Below are positions 8,761 through 18,863 of a stretch of 64,000 nucleotides of DNA, piece after piece. A program made the translations under genes and the position numbers. Below the pieces are notes generated by a model. The model worked only from the letters and a program-made list of their open reading frames with translations, was not told where the DNA came from and searched no databases. This stretch comes from a virus: positions 32,001 to 96,000 of IMG/VR virus record IMGVR_UViG_3300027763_000037. One strand, 5' to 3'. Positions within the stretch are counted from its first letter, which is position 1. Every line of letters begins with the position of its first letter.

Positions 8761-11700
8761 GTACATCCTCCAATGTTACTGTTCCGTCTTTAGTCTTGCC
8801 AAAATCAAACTTGTATGACTTTCCTTCTTCGATGTGCATATACGCCTTTGCAAAAGATGTAGGGAAAACTGTAATAGAGTGTAGGTCTCTGCTTGTGTCT
8901 GCAAGTGTAAGAGATGCCATCTTCTTTCCAGCCTTTGTGATCCTTGGTTTAAAAGATACAACAAACATTTCTTCATCAGTGTATGGTAGTTGCTTATAGC
9001 CTAAGAACTTAACAAGAGCGTTAGTTGATCCCTTTATCTCATCAGAAGGAACTGCAGAAACAATCCTATTGTCATTAACAAGAATGAGGTAAGTACGACC
9101 AGTCTCAATAGTGGTATTTTCATCATCAAATATGCCGACACTGCCAGTTTTGTCCAAAACTTCAACTCGTGACCATCCTGTTCCTCGTTTAATTGATTTT
9201 ACCATACCCATAAATATGTATGATCCCTTTTCTTCAAAGTCAACAATGTCCTGAATGAATGCATAGTAATGAGAAGGAATCGTAATATTAAACTCTGGAA
9301 GGTTTAAATATTCATACAGGTTTTCTTTAATTTCTGCATCATTTCTTGGATTATCATTAAATGTTGCTGCGCCTATGGCATTCAGTGCTTGTAGTGCACG
9401 GCTGTTTACTCCGTTACCTTTAGTAAAGGTGAATTCTTCAAGTTCTTTGTACGAACCAAATGGTCGTGATTCAATATATCTTTGACCAATCTTGTCAGAT
9501 ATGAACTTGATAGCACTGAGCCCGAACCGAATGCCCTTACCCTCAATCTTAAAATCAATATCCGAATCGTTAATATGAGGTAGTTTGATGCTAATCCCCA
9601 TTCTTTTTGCTTCAATAAGATATTCAGTTCTTGCATCTTTATCCTTTTCATTTTTTAATATTGAGTACATGAACTCTAGTGGGTAATGATACTTTAACCA
9701 CGCCGTCCAATACGAGAGCGTAGAGTAAGCAACCGCATGAGACTTGTTGAACGAGTATCCCGCATGCGCTTCAAAGTCATGCCATAGATCACGAGCCGTA
9801 TTGGGACTAATATAGGCAGAAGCACCATTGACAAATTTGTCTTTGAATACATCAAACTCTTTAGCATCCTTCTTCTTTCCAATGATCTTTCTAACTTTAT
9901 CTGCTTCCGACATGGACATTTGTCCAAGGTGTACGCATGCTTGCATAACTTGTTCCTGGTAAAGAATACAGCCATAAGTGTCCTCCGTAAATTCTTTTAG
10001 TATTTGATGGATATATGATATGTTTTTGCGACCATGCTTTCTGTCAACATATTCTTTTCCAATAGTATTCATTGCTCCTGGGCGAACAAGAGCATTAGAT
10101 GCTGCCAGTTCATCAAGGTTTTTTACGCCCATCTTAACAAGAAGGTTTGTGTATGGTGCTGCTTCACACTGAAACACACCCTTTGTATATCCATCAGATA
10201 ACATCTGATAAACATTTGCATCGTCCATCTTAATCTTAAGAAGATCTATTTTCTTTCCATCTCGTTCTTTAATGATATCAATAGTGTCTTTTAATACAGA
10301 TAATGTTTTTAATCCTAATGCATCAATCTTTATAAGCCCGATGCGTTCAGCCTCTTCCATGTCGACGCCAACAACAGGTATACGTTCATCAGACCCAGTA
10401 GAAGATCTCGTTTCCAACGGAGCAAACCTAAAAATCGGATCTTTGCTAGTGACCACACCAGCAGCGTGTATGCCAGTACCACGAATACGACCACGTAATT
10501 GTTCACCATAGACCTCCACCTCTGGATATTTTTCTCTAAACTCTCTTGTTGATTTTGATGTGCAATAATCATCCCAAGAATCAACTGTCTTTAAAACCTT
10601 GTTAACATCTGATAACGGAATATTTAAAACTCGTGAAACATCTCTAACAATGCCTTTACCAGTAAACTGTAAGAATGTTGCAATTGATGCAACATGTCGA
10701 TACTGTCTAACTAGATAGTCTTTTACTTCTTCACGACGAGTATCTTGAATATCAGTATCAATATCTGGAAAGTCATTACGTTCTGGGTTAATAAATCGGA
10801 AGAAAAGAAGTTTATGCTGTATAGGATCGATATCAGTAATTCTTAGAGCATAGCAAACCAAAGATCCAGCAGCAGAGCCACGGCCTGGGCCAACCATGAT
10901 CTCTTCTTTCTTAGCCCAGTTGATCATGTTACTTACAACAAGGAAGTATGGAGCAAACTTTTTATCCTTAATAATCTGCAACTCTTCTTCAAGTCTATCA
11001 AGGTACTCTTGGTTCTCTGACAAACCTCGTTCTGCCAAACCTTCCATAGCAATCTTTGCAAGTTCTTTGTCAGGACTCTTATACTGTACTGGTAGTAAGT
11101 TTAATCCTTCTTGAATATCATAGTCTTCTACTGTATCTGCTAATAGGAGTGTGTTTGAGTATATGTCTTCTCTGTCAATACCCTGCAATACCATCGCTGC
11201 TTTCATTTCTTCATAAGACAAAAGATGAATATCAAACTTGTTAAATGTAATCTGACGATCTTCACCATATAGATAGTCAAGTCGCTTCATCATATCTGGC
11301 TGTTTCTTGGACTTATCATATGTTGTATCTTTTTGAATCTTTGCATGAGTATTCATAAGAAGTTTAAACTCTTGAATCTCTATCTGAGACTTATCTGCAT
11401 GGTGACAGTCTGGAGTTACGATAGCCTTAATTCCAAACTCATCTGCTAAATCAAGAAGATGCTTGTTAATATGAGGTTCGTTATGTGGCATTACTTCAAT
11501 ATAATAGTCTTTACCAAATTTTTCTTGGAACCAGGATATATATTTCTTTGCAAGTGCAAACTCTTCTTCTTCAAGTGCTTTAACCAAAACACTGCTTGGA
11601 CAAGCAGAAGAAACAATAATACCTTCTTTATACTTATCCAATATTTCAAAATCGAATCTTGGCTTCTTAAAGAAACCATCTGTCCAAGATAGTTCGCTAA

Positions 11701-12025
11701 TCTTGTTTAAATTTTCTAAACCAATTTTATTCTTGGCTAGAAGGATAATGTGATTATAGACAAGATCTTGCTGACCTTCTCTTTCAGACTTATCTCTTGT
11801 ATCAGATATGTCTGCACACATGTATCCTTCTAGACCGAGAATCGGCTTAATGCCCTTTGCTTTTGCAACTCGGTACAGTTCCCGATGCCCAGACAATGTT
11901 CCGTGATCAGTGATAGCCAATGCTGGCATATCAAGACCAACTGCTCGGTCTACTAATTCTTCTGGAGTAGCAATCCCATCAAACAAACTAAAATGGGTAT
12001 GGACATGTAAGCCTACGTAGTTCAT
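8750..12025 (-). CDS. dnaE: DNA polymerase III alpha subunit (family C)
   Basis: PHP domain HVHTHFS/TDHG, GPGRGSAAGSLV, PDIDTD, HAAGVV, KIDALGLKTL, YSFNKSHA, OB folds. Confidence 0.97.
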   Translation of the reverse strand: MNYVGLHVHTHFSLFDGIATPEELVDRAVGLDMPALAITDHGTLSGHRELYRVAKAKGIKPILGLEGYMCADISDTRDKSEREGQQDLVYNHIILLAKNKIGLENLNKISELSWTDGFFKKPRFDFEILDKYKEGIIVSSACPSSVLVKALEEEEFALAKKYISWFQEKFGKDYYIEVMPHNEPHINKHLLDLADEFGIKAIVTPDCHHADKSQIEIQEFKLLMNTHAKIQKDTTYDKSKKQPDMMKRLDYLYGEDRQITFNKFDIHLLSYEEMKAAMVLQGIDREDIYSNTLLLADTVEDYDIQEGLNLLPVQYKSPDKELAKIAMEGLAERGLSENQEYLDRLEEELQIIKDKKFAPYFLVVSNMINWAKKEEIMVGPGRGSAAGSLVCYALRITDIDPIQHKLLFFRFINPERNDFPDIDTDIQDTRREEVKDYLVRQYRHVASIATFLQFTGKGIVRDVSRVLNIPLSDVNKVLKTVDSWDDYCTSKSTREFREKYPEVEVYGEQLRGRIRGTGIHAAGVVTSKDPIFRFAPLETRSSTGSDERIPVVGVDMEEAERIGLIKIDALGLKTLSVLKDTIDIIKERDGKKIDLLKIKMDDANVYQMLSDGYTKGVFQCEAAPYTNLLVKMGVKNLDELAASNALVRPGAMNTIGKEYVDRKHGRKNISYIHQILKEFTEDTYGCILYQEQVMQACVHLGQMSMSEADKVRKIIGKKKDAKEFDVFKDKFVNGASAYISPNTARDLWHDFEAHAGYSFNKSHAVAYSTLSYWTAWLKYHYPLEFMYSILKNEKDKDARTEYLIEAKRMGISIKLPHINDSDIDFKIEGKGIRFGLSAIKFISDKIGQRYIESRPFGSYKELEEFTFTKGNGVNSRALQALNAIGAATFNDNPRNDAEIKENLYEYLNLPEFNITIPSHYYAFIQDIVDFEEKGSYIFMGMVKSIKRGTGWSRVEVLDKTGSVGIFDDENTTIETGRTYLILVNDNRIVSAVPSDEIKGSTNALVKFLGYKQLPYTDEEMFVVSFKPRITKAGKKMASLTLADTSRDLHSITVFPTSFAKAYMHIEEGKSYKFDFGKTKDGTVTLEDVHVS

Positions 12026-12026
12026 A

Positions 12027-12683
12027 TTACCAATCAGCGTTGGTTGATGAAGTTACAGATGGACTGTCAAAGCCCAAATAAAATGCTTCCTGCTCAGCAT
12101 AAGGAATCTTCTTTAGTGCTGACTCAAGAGGATAAGGCTCAACTGTTCCCCAGTTAAATGGTTCCTTATCTGGTGCTGATGGAATCAATGTGTAATTTGT
12201 TTCAGTTCCCTGACCATTACGCTTTAACTTCCATAGTACATTTGAGATGCTTCCTGTTTCAAGAGCATACTCACGAATTGTATTAAATGATGACTGCTTG
12301 CTGATACCCATTGACCAGATTGCAACATATGGTGCTTCGATACCGTCATCTACAAGAACGTTACAATAGAAACGAAGACGACCTCTCCAGCCAGCCTTTG
12401 GATCTTTACGGTGCATTTCTTCTGCCCAGTCACGTCCTTCTGTGTCCATAGTGTCTACAGCCTTGCGCTTATAGTCCTTTGGATTAACGTGCTCCTTAAC
12501 AACTAGTGCAAGTCCACGCTTTTCATTATAGTTTGCAGAGTCCTCATCAAGTTCTTCAATGAATCGGATCTTTACTGATTGGCCATCGGCAAGTTTAAGC
12601 CACTTTACCTTTGGTCCTGACTCGTCATACTTTGGCTTGTCGAGCAGGGCATTGATTGCTTTTAGTCCCTTTACTACGCTCAT
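12027..12683 (-). CDS. Single-stranded DNA-binding protein (gp32-like)
   Basis: KWLKLADGQSVKIRF...KLKRNGQGTETNYTL, aromatic C-terminus (ADW), between primase and polymerase. Confidence 0.7.
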   Translation of the reverse strand: MSVVKGLKAINALLDKPKYDESGPKVKWLKLADGQSVKIRFIEELDEDSANYNEKRGLALVVKEHVNPKDYKRKAVDTMDTEGRDWAEEMHRKDPKAGWRGRLRFYCNVLVDDGIEAPYVAIWSMGISKQSSFNTIREYALETGSISNVLWKLKRNGQGTETNYTLIPSAPDKEPFNWGTVEPYPLESALKKIPYAEQEAFYLGFDSPSVTSSTNADW

Positions 12684-12707
12684 ATTATTCTCCTTTGTGT
12701 TGTTGTA

Positions 12708-13652
12708 TTAGTTTAGCATAAGTGATATGGAGTTGTCAAATCGAAACTCTAAGTTTTTTATTGATTCATCATCCATATCACCTATGTCTTTATATTTGCT
12801 ATTAAGTTGTATAACGGAAACACGAGATCCAAGTTTTTCAATTATCCTGTCTTTCATATTTCCTCCTGCTTCATCGTTATCAGCAACAACAATAATGTTA
12901 TTGAAATACTTCTGAAGCAATTCTATTTGTGAGTTTGATACGTTAGCGCCAAGGGTAGCAACGGCTGGTAGACCAACTTGGTCAAGCCTCATAACATCAA
13001 AAGATGATTCTACCACATAGACTCTATCTGCTGTCTTGACTCTGTGTAGATTAAATAATGTTTTTGATTTTGGAAGTCCTGGAGTATTCTTAAATTCTTT
13101 GCCTTCGATTGATCTGCCAACAAAACCTAAAGGAATTCCATCTGGGCTATGTACTGGAACAGTTACCATGTCTTGCTTTTCTGAATATCCTAATGAGAAC
13201 TTTATGCAAGAAGGCTTTTCAATTTTTCTATATGTGAAATAGTTCCTTGCTCTTTCTGAGGCAACAAGATTATTGTGCAGTCTTTTAATAATTAACTCAT
13301 CAAATGTTTTGTACTGCTCTTCTTTTATAAGAGCCTTGTCGATCTCTGTAGTAATATTTGTTAATTTTTCTTTGCTCTTAATAAATCTAGCAGACTCAAA
13401 ATAAGTTCTACCAGAGGTATGCATTACAAGTTCAATCAGGTCTGCAGATTTTTGGCAAGAAAAACAAAAAAACATTCCGCTATCTTTTTGAACCTCTCCT
13501 GCTGGTGTTCTATGGTTATTATGAAATGGACAAAATATTATAAAGTCTGCATCAAGTTCTGACTCAACGTCTATACCAGATCCTGCGAGAACTCTTCTAA
13601 CTTGTTCTTTACTGTATAAATCGCCTTTGATCCGTCTATTCCTTCTATCCAT
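12708..13652 (-). CDS. dnaG: DNA primase
   Basis: CHC2 zinc finger CPFH..CFSC, FVGR, Toprim VVES.FD and DNDEAG, KDIGD. Confidence 0.92.
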   Translation of the reverse strand: MDRRNRRIKGDLYSKEQVRRVLAGSGIDVESELDADFIIFCPFHNNHRTPAGEVQKDSGMFFCFSCQKSADLIELVMHTSGRTYFESARFIKSKEKLTNITTEIDKALIKEEQYKTFDELIIKRLHNNLVASERARNYFTYRKIEKPSCIKFSLGYSEKQDMVTVPVHSPDGIPLGFVGRSIEGKEFKNTPGLPKSKTLFNLHRVKTADRVYVVESSFDVMRLDQVGLPAVATLGANVSNSQIELLQKYFNNIIVVADNDEAGGNMKDRIIEKLGSRVSVIQLNSKYKDIGDMDDESIKNLEFRFDNSISLMLN

Positions 13653-13897
13653 TCGCTTTGTCTTCTTCCCGTATATACTCCGTGTATTGATATCTCAAAT
13701 TCAAAATACTTCTTGTTCTCATTATAGTCTATCGTAAAATCTATGTCTATGTCAAGTCTTGGCACATATCCACTAAGTCTCATTTCTGAGATGATTAGTC
13801 TTTTGTACTCAGCCCTAAGTCTTCCTATGGCTGATTCATCATGGATGATTCCACTAAGGTTAAACCTTTTAATCGCCTTGTGATGATAATTTGACAT
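13571..13897 (-). CDS. Hypothetical protein
   Basis: ORF with TATAAT 5 nt upstream of ATG. Confidence 0.65.
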   Translation of the reverse strand: MSNYHHKAIKRFNLSGIIHDESAIGRLRAEYKRLIISEMRLSGYVPRLDIDIDFTIDYNENKKYFEFEISIHGVYTGRRQSEWIEGIDGSKAIYTVKNKLEEFSQDLV

Positions 13898-13909
13898 ATC
13901 ATATTATAA

Positions 13910-15130
13910 CTACTTATCTTCAAAATCTTTATACCTATAATATCCTTTGTCAAAATCACACTGTACAAGGAAGTCTCCCATAAAGCCGTTACGATTCTTT
14001 CTAAAAGCGCATTCAATAATATCACTATTATTACCACGGCCAAGAGCAAGGACCCAGTCAGCATCATAAGCAATCTGTCTAGACCAAGCAGTCTGTCCAA
14101 GAGTAGGGACTGTTGAAAGATCATTTACGTCATCTGGGGTTGCAGAAGAGATAGCAATGATAGGTACCTCTTCACCAATAGCCATAAGTTTAAGTTCTCT
14201 TGAAAGGTTTTTCATTCGTACCGTTTCATTATCTGACTTCTGATTGGGGGCCATCAACTGAAGGTAGTCAACGATTACAAAGTCTGGTTTGTATTGATCA
14301 ATTTTTCCACGAAGAACGGAAGGGTTGATTTCTCCACCTTGGTCATTAGAGATAATGTGAAATTCTGGTTTGCCCTGGAGGTGCTTTGCATGCCATTCTT
14401 TCAGCATATCCATTTCAATCTCGCCATTACTTAATTTTCTATGAGACCAACGGCCCTCACCCATAATAGTAAAGACACGATTGCGGACTTCTGTTTCGCT
14501 CATTTCAAGGCTTATGACCAGTGGGCTACGACCCTGTTTCCAGGCCTGTACAGCGAAATAGAGAGCCAACCAAGACTTTCCGATACCTGGGTATGCCAAG
14601 AAGACTCCTAACTGCCCTGGCATGATTCCAGAGGGGAGGTAGTTATCAAATCCTGGTAGGCCAGTCTTGATACCAATGTGACCTAGTTCTTGCTGCTTCT
14701 TGACATTTTCAAAATAGGCAATCGCAGACTCTAAGTCTGTTACATCAATATCACGAATAGCAGAAGTATTTTTCTTTAACTCTGATGTCTGTGTAATTAG
14801 ATCATTAAGAGCAACTGTACCTTGACCATTTTGAACATTTCCTGCTGCTGATCTTAAAATATCTTTTAGGCTATCTGTTAAGTACTCTCCTTGCAACTCT
14901 TCAAGATGGTGCTTAGTTGCTCCAATGTTTGCTACAGGTGAAAAGTCTCTAAACTTTTCTGTAACAAGTTCTGCTGGTGGCAGGGTTGAGTTATTTTCAA
15001 AATAAAGTCGTATGAAATTCCAAATGTCTCCGTGAGTTCTTAGAAGGTTATCCACGTTTGCTTGTAGAAGTACATGGATTTGTTTATCCTGAAGAACTGC
15101 TGTTATAAGTTTAGCCTCTGTATTATTCAC
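13910..15130 (-). CDS. dnaB: Replicative DnaB-like helicase
   Basis: TGLPGFD, AYPGIGKS, ISLEMS, VDYLQLM, YDAD, KNRNG. Confidence 0.95.
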   Translation of the reverse strand: MNNTEAKLITAVLQDKQIHVLLQANVDNLLRTHGDIWNFIRLYFENNSTLPPAELVTEKFRDFSPVANIGATKHHLEELQGEYLTDSLKDILRSAAGNVQNGQGTVALNDLITQTSELKKNTSAIRDIDVTDLESAIAYFENVKKQQELGHIGIKTGLPGFDNYLPSGIMPGQLGVFLAYPGIGKSWLALYFAVQAWKQGRSPLVISLEMSETEVRNRVFTIMGEGRWSHRKLSNGEIEMDMLKEWHAKHLQGKPEFHIISNDQGGEINPSVLRGKIDQYKPDFVIVDYLQLMAPNQKSDNETVRMKNLSRELKLMAIGEEVPIIAISSATPDDVNDLSTVPTLGQTAWSRQIAYDADWVLALGRGNNSDIIECAFRKNRNGFMGDFLVQCDFDKGYYRYKDFEDK

Positions 15131-15431
15131 TTAGCCACTCCTTTGCCATTCTTCTACGCTCTGCTCTCTCGTTGTCGTCTCTACTTTTATCTTTTTGTGC
15201 TTGTAAAATCTTTTCTGCGTTATATGCAAAGTAATTCCAAGAAGGATTCTCTGCAACTTTAAAGTAATACTCAAGTATATCGTAACATCCTGAAATTCCA
15301 TAGGATTCAACTAAGGCATCTGAAGCCCATTGTTCTACGTTTAGATTAAGAGATGGCTTTGATTCGTACCTTGCGGTATGATACTTGCTGTATCTTGAAA
15401 GCAAAGCCATGCGGTCTTTGCGTTCTGCCAT
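15123..15431 (-). CDS. Hypothetical protein (possible helicase partner)
   Basis: Overlaps dnaB start; function inferred from position only. Confidence 0.55.
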   Translation of the reverse strand: MAERKDRMALLSRYSKYHTARYESKPSLNLNVEQWASDALVESYGISGCYDILEYYFKVAENPSWNYFAYNAEKILQAQKDKSRDDNERAERRRMAKEWLSE

Positions 15432-15637
15432 TACTTTTCGTCAGCCTCCGCTTGGGCTTCAACAATCTTTGCAGTTAGTTTGTCTTCAACAAACTTGTAA
15501 ACTCTTTCAAAAGCCTGATCTGTATTTTCTCCATCACGCTTGCTATCGATGATTCCAAGATCCAGCCTTAAAGACTGAAAATTTCCAAGATTTAATGTAT
15601 ACCCCAGCGTTACTGATACTTTCGTTTCTTCTGCCAT
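15431..15637 (-). CDS. Hypothetical protein
   Basis: Start MAEETK after GGAGGGG RBS; TLNLGNFQSLRLD motif. Confidence 0.7.
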   Translation of the reverse strand: MAEETKVSVTLGYTLNLGNFQSLRLDLGIIDSKRDGENTDQAFERVYKFVEDKLTAKIVEAQAEADEK

Positions 15638-15653
15638 TACCCCTCCAAGGGAC

Positions 15654-16199
15654 TTAGTTAATAGATTCATTCCAAATTGGAATGTATCGTCCATCTTCTG
15701 TTCTCGTATATGTAAGTATACCATCGCCCATTCTACGTGTCAACTCTGCTTTTGTAGGCGTAATATCATTTGTTATTAAATTATCTTTTCTTGGTCTTCC
15801 AATATGATGTGTAGCAAGTATATCACGTATCTCTCTTACTTGCGATTCTGAATAGTATGATCTTACTTGCCACCCTCTATCCCCGCCCTTTTGAGATCCC
15901 GTTGGAAATGGAATGACTCCTCGTTTCATTAATGATGGCATATATTTTTTATGACGATTAACTAAATCAGCAGTCTGCCCTACTGTATATGCTCTTTCTC
16001 TTTTATTTTTAAAATCACTAATTAAACAACTTTCAATTTGATCTTTAGTAATATTATAAACAGACATAATGCCATTAGATTGATTATAATGATGTACCCG
16101 AACAAGGCATTTGTTTAAAAACCATACCTTTTTACTTCCAGGTATTACAGGGAGGAGATTGTACCCTTCGCTCTGAGTTGTTCCTTTTTTAGTAGCCAT
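15654..16199 (-). CDS. MerR-like HTH DNA-binding protein
   Basis: YTVGQTADLVNRH...GVIPFP...RSYYSESQV. Confidence 0.6.
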   Translation of the reverse strand: MATKKGTTQSEGYNLLPVIPGSKKVWFLNKCLVRVHHYNQSNGIMSVYNITKDQIESCLISDFKNKRERAYTVGQTADLVNRHKKYMPSLMKRGVIPFPTGSQKGGDRGWQVRSYYSESQVREIRDILATHHIGRPRKDNLITNDITPTKAELTRRMGDGILTYTRTEDGRYIPIWNESIN

Positions 16200-16336
16200 T
16201 GCCCCTCTTTAGAATTTTGTGGAGGATTAAAAAACTTTCTATTACCACATAGAACGCAATATACCTCAAGATGATTAATTGCACTATATATCCTATCAAT
16301 AAACATTCTTCCAGAACATTTGTTACATTTGATCAT
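16145..16336 (-). CDS. Small zinc-ribbon protein
   Basis: CxxCxGRM...CxxCG. Confidence 0.65.
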   Translation of the reverse strand: MIKCNKCSGRMFIDRIYSAINHLEVYCVLCGNRKFFNPPQNSKEGQWLLKKEQLRAKGTISSL

Positions 16337-16773
16337 TATGACGGAATGCCAACTGCTATTATATTAATTCCAACCGATACTTCTCCTGCTGAGTTAAACT
16401 TTACAACACCCTCTACGCCTGTAGTAGTTATTGCTTTAATTACAACCGTAACATTTTTGCCAGCGGTTGTATCTTTAATTGTTACTGGTGTTGCAGTTAC
16501 AATTGGTGCATAAGCAAAACCAACTCCAAATGGATATGTCCATGACTTTTCTTCGCCTGCAATGATTGAAGTAGAACTAACGATTTCTTTATACCCTCCA
16601 ACAATACGGGCTTCTGAGGTTTTTCTACTTTGAGGCCCCGCTGTTGTTGTATCTACAGTGACATATTTGTTTGCTGATGTTGAGGCACTTTTTTGCAACT
16701 GAATAATTGCCTGAGCCATATCATAAATATATGCAACGTCTAATGGCTGTCCTTTATCTGGAACTGATATCAT
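16336..16773 (-). CDS. Putative tail tip/fibre protein
   Basis: F..GF...PIVTAT...IAVG lectin-like C-terminus; end of tail module. Confidence 0.5.
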   Translation of the reverse strand: MISVPDKGQPLDVAYIYDMAQAIIQLQKSASTSANKYVTVDTTTAGPQSRKTSEARIVGGYKEIVSSTSIIAGEEKSWTYPFGVGFAYAPIVTATPVTIKDTTAGKNVTVVIKAITTTGVEGVVKFNSAGEVSVGINIIAVGIPS

Positions 16774-16779
16774 AATATA

Positions 16780-16788
16780 ATTATACCA
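16780..16788 (-). promoter_or_regulatory. Extended -10, leaderless
   Basis: TGGTATAAT 6 nt before ATG 16773. Confidence 0.7.
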
Positions 16789-17257
16789 GACTCAAAGGAG
16801 TTGTGGACTCAAAGAGAGTTGCTGAAGGATATCTTGTTTTTGGAAAACTTGATGCCTGGATTGCAAGCATTACGCTTGTTTTTCCAGTATCTGGTATTGC
16901 TCTAAATTCATTCCCAAAAACAGATCTTACAAATTTCCATCCAGTCTCTCCATTATATTTTAAATATATGTCAAATGTTTCAATTCCATTAATATCTTTT
17001 GACCAAACTGCAGATATTGTTTTTTGTTGAACAGGGTCTGATGGAATTTGCGCTGTAAAAGAAACATTAAGACCAATCACTGTATTAGTAATAGGATCTT
17101 TTTTTAGATTTACTGGAATATTGTATACTGGAGACCAGTGAGAAACTCTATTATTATCATCAGTAATTATTCTATATTTTACTTTGTAGGATCCTGATGC
17201 TCCTGCAAAATTTGTTAATTGGGCTTTTGGAATTATAACTTTTTTAATTTCTGCCAT
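16781..17257 (-). CDS. Minor tail protein
   Basis: Beta-rich, SHWSP motif, coupled to tail operon. Confidence 0.55.
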   Translation of the reverse strand: MAEIKKVIIPKAQLTNFAGASGSYKVKYRIITDDNNRVSHWSPVYNIPVNLKKDPITNTVIGLNVSFTAQIPSDPVQQKTISAVWSKDINGIETFDIYLKYNGETGWKFVRSVFGNEFRAIPDTGKTSVMLAIQASSFPKTRYPSATLFESTTPLSLV

Positions 17258-18369
17258 TATTGTATTCCAAGTCCAAATCTAAACTCAATATAATTAGTTG
17301 TATTTGGTGATTTTATTATCGGAAGAGATCCTGCATTTTTAATTACAGAGTACCCTGTCATTCCGTATATAGGATTTGCTGTACTTGTATTTTCAATTCT
17401 AACACCATCAAGACAGACATAATGGTTTGCGCTCACACTGGTATTTTTAAGAACAGATGCATACACTCTGACAGTATCAGCCATAGACCAAGACCACCCA
17501 GCGCTTCTTATTGCTGAGGAAAGCGAACCAGTAAATACTCTATATCTACTTCCAGAAAAAGAGGCATTGTCTAGAATCTGAACTTGAGCAGATTTACCAG
17601 AGTTAACGCCAGTTGTACATAAAAACTCTACAATTATTTTTACTGATGTAGGATTATCCTCAGTATCATCTCCAACTTTATTTATGACAGAATACGCAAC
17701 TTTAATAAGATCGGATTGAGAATAATTGTCAAGGTTTAGAGATGTATTAGATAGTTTAACATAGTCTGATGTATTAGATGTACCCCATTTTGTTTGAGCA
17801 GTAGATATCTCAGAAGAGTCTCCACGAAGTGCAATAAAAGAATTTAAATATCTACATGTTTCTTTTCTTGCAACACGTTTCTCAGTAACAAACACTTTGT
17901 TATCTGCATTTGTTCTAAAAACTTTGGAAGTTGTTGATATTATATTGTCTCCATCGTCTCCATCTAAAGGTTCTGGAATGTAAGGAATTGCAGAAGTGTT
18001 TCCAGAGTATTCCCAGTTTTCAGAGAATGTATAGAGAATCTTACTATCGTATGCTCCTGCAGTTGTATTTGCTCCAGCAGAGAATACTCCAACCTCTGTT
18101 ATTTCATATCTTTCTTCTGTTGGGAGTTCTGCTGTAAACACAATTTTTGAAACTCCGTTTTCAGAGACATACCCTCTTGACGTTATGGGAACACGAAGCA
18201 TTTCAAAATCTAGTCTTTCTTTTGCAGCAAAGGCTGTTGCATAGTCAGACAAATTAGCAGAAGCGCCTAATGGTGTTGGGCCACATCCAATAGCAATGTG
18301 TGATGCATAGGCAGAAGCCTGGCCAATCAAATACTTGGCTATAATGTTTTTACCGTTTGTAGTTATCAT
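17257..18369 (-). CDS. Minor tail/baseplate protein
   Basis: MITTNGK..IA.....HIAIG...ITEVGVFS baseplate-type motifs. Confidence 0.65.
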   Translation of the reverse strand: MITTNGKNIIAKYLIGQASAYASHIAIGCGPTPLGASANLSDYATAFAAKERLDFEMLRVPITSRGYVSENGVSKIVFTAELPTEERYEITEVGVFSAGANTTAGAYDSKILYTFSENWEYSGNTSAIPYIPEPLDGDDGDNIISTTSKVFRTNADNKVFVTEKRVARKETCRYLNSFIALRGDSSEISTAQTKWGTSNTSDYVKLSNTSLNLDNYSQSDLIKVAYSVINKVGDDTEDNPTSVKIIVEFLCTTGVNSGKSAQVQILDNASFSGSRYRVFTGSLSSAIRSAGWSWSMADTVRVYASVLKNTSVSANHYVCLDGVRIENTSTANPIYGMTGYSVIKNAGSLPIIKSPNTTNYIEFRFGLGIQ

Positions 18370-18863
18370 ATTTCATCCACCTTATATATTGTACCATTAT
18401 ACTGACTTCCTTTTGTCTGAATATTAACCTGTACTAACTCGTTTGGTTCCATGTTTATTACGTTGATTACCAAGTCTCCTGTTTCTGGATCAAGGTAAAC
18501 TATTTCTTTATTAGGCCCTGTTCCCTCAGAAGGAACATGAGCATCTAATTTAATAGGAAAGTTATCAAAAAACTCTTTTGAAGTATCTTGTAGTCCTAAG
18601 ATTCTTTGTGGACTGTACTGATAAGCAAGCATTGTAATATTTTTTATTGGTCTATACAAAACGTCTTGACCATTAATAATGTCAGATCTTGTAATAGTTA
18701 TTATTTCTTGTCCACCAATGTCTTCAAAGATTAGGTCTGTCATTATCTCAATTGGAACAAGTTCAGAACTTTGAATAATTAAATTAGGAGTCGCAACCTT
18801 GATGTTTTCTTTGGCAGCAACAGTAGACACTGATGCTGGTATGGATGCTACTGGATCTACCAT
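18366..18863 (-). CDS. Minor tail protein
   Basis: Position in tail operon, overlapping stop/start codons. Confidence 0.55.
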   Translation of the reverse strand: MVDPVASIPASVSTVAAKENIKVATPNLIIQSSELVPIEIMTDLIFEDIGGQEIITITRSDIINGQDVLYRPIKNITMLAYQYSPQRILGLQDTSKEFFDNFPIKLDAHVPSEGTGPNKEIVYLDPETGDLVINVINMEPNELVQVNIQTKGSQYNGTIYKVDEI

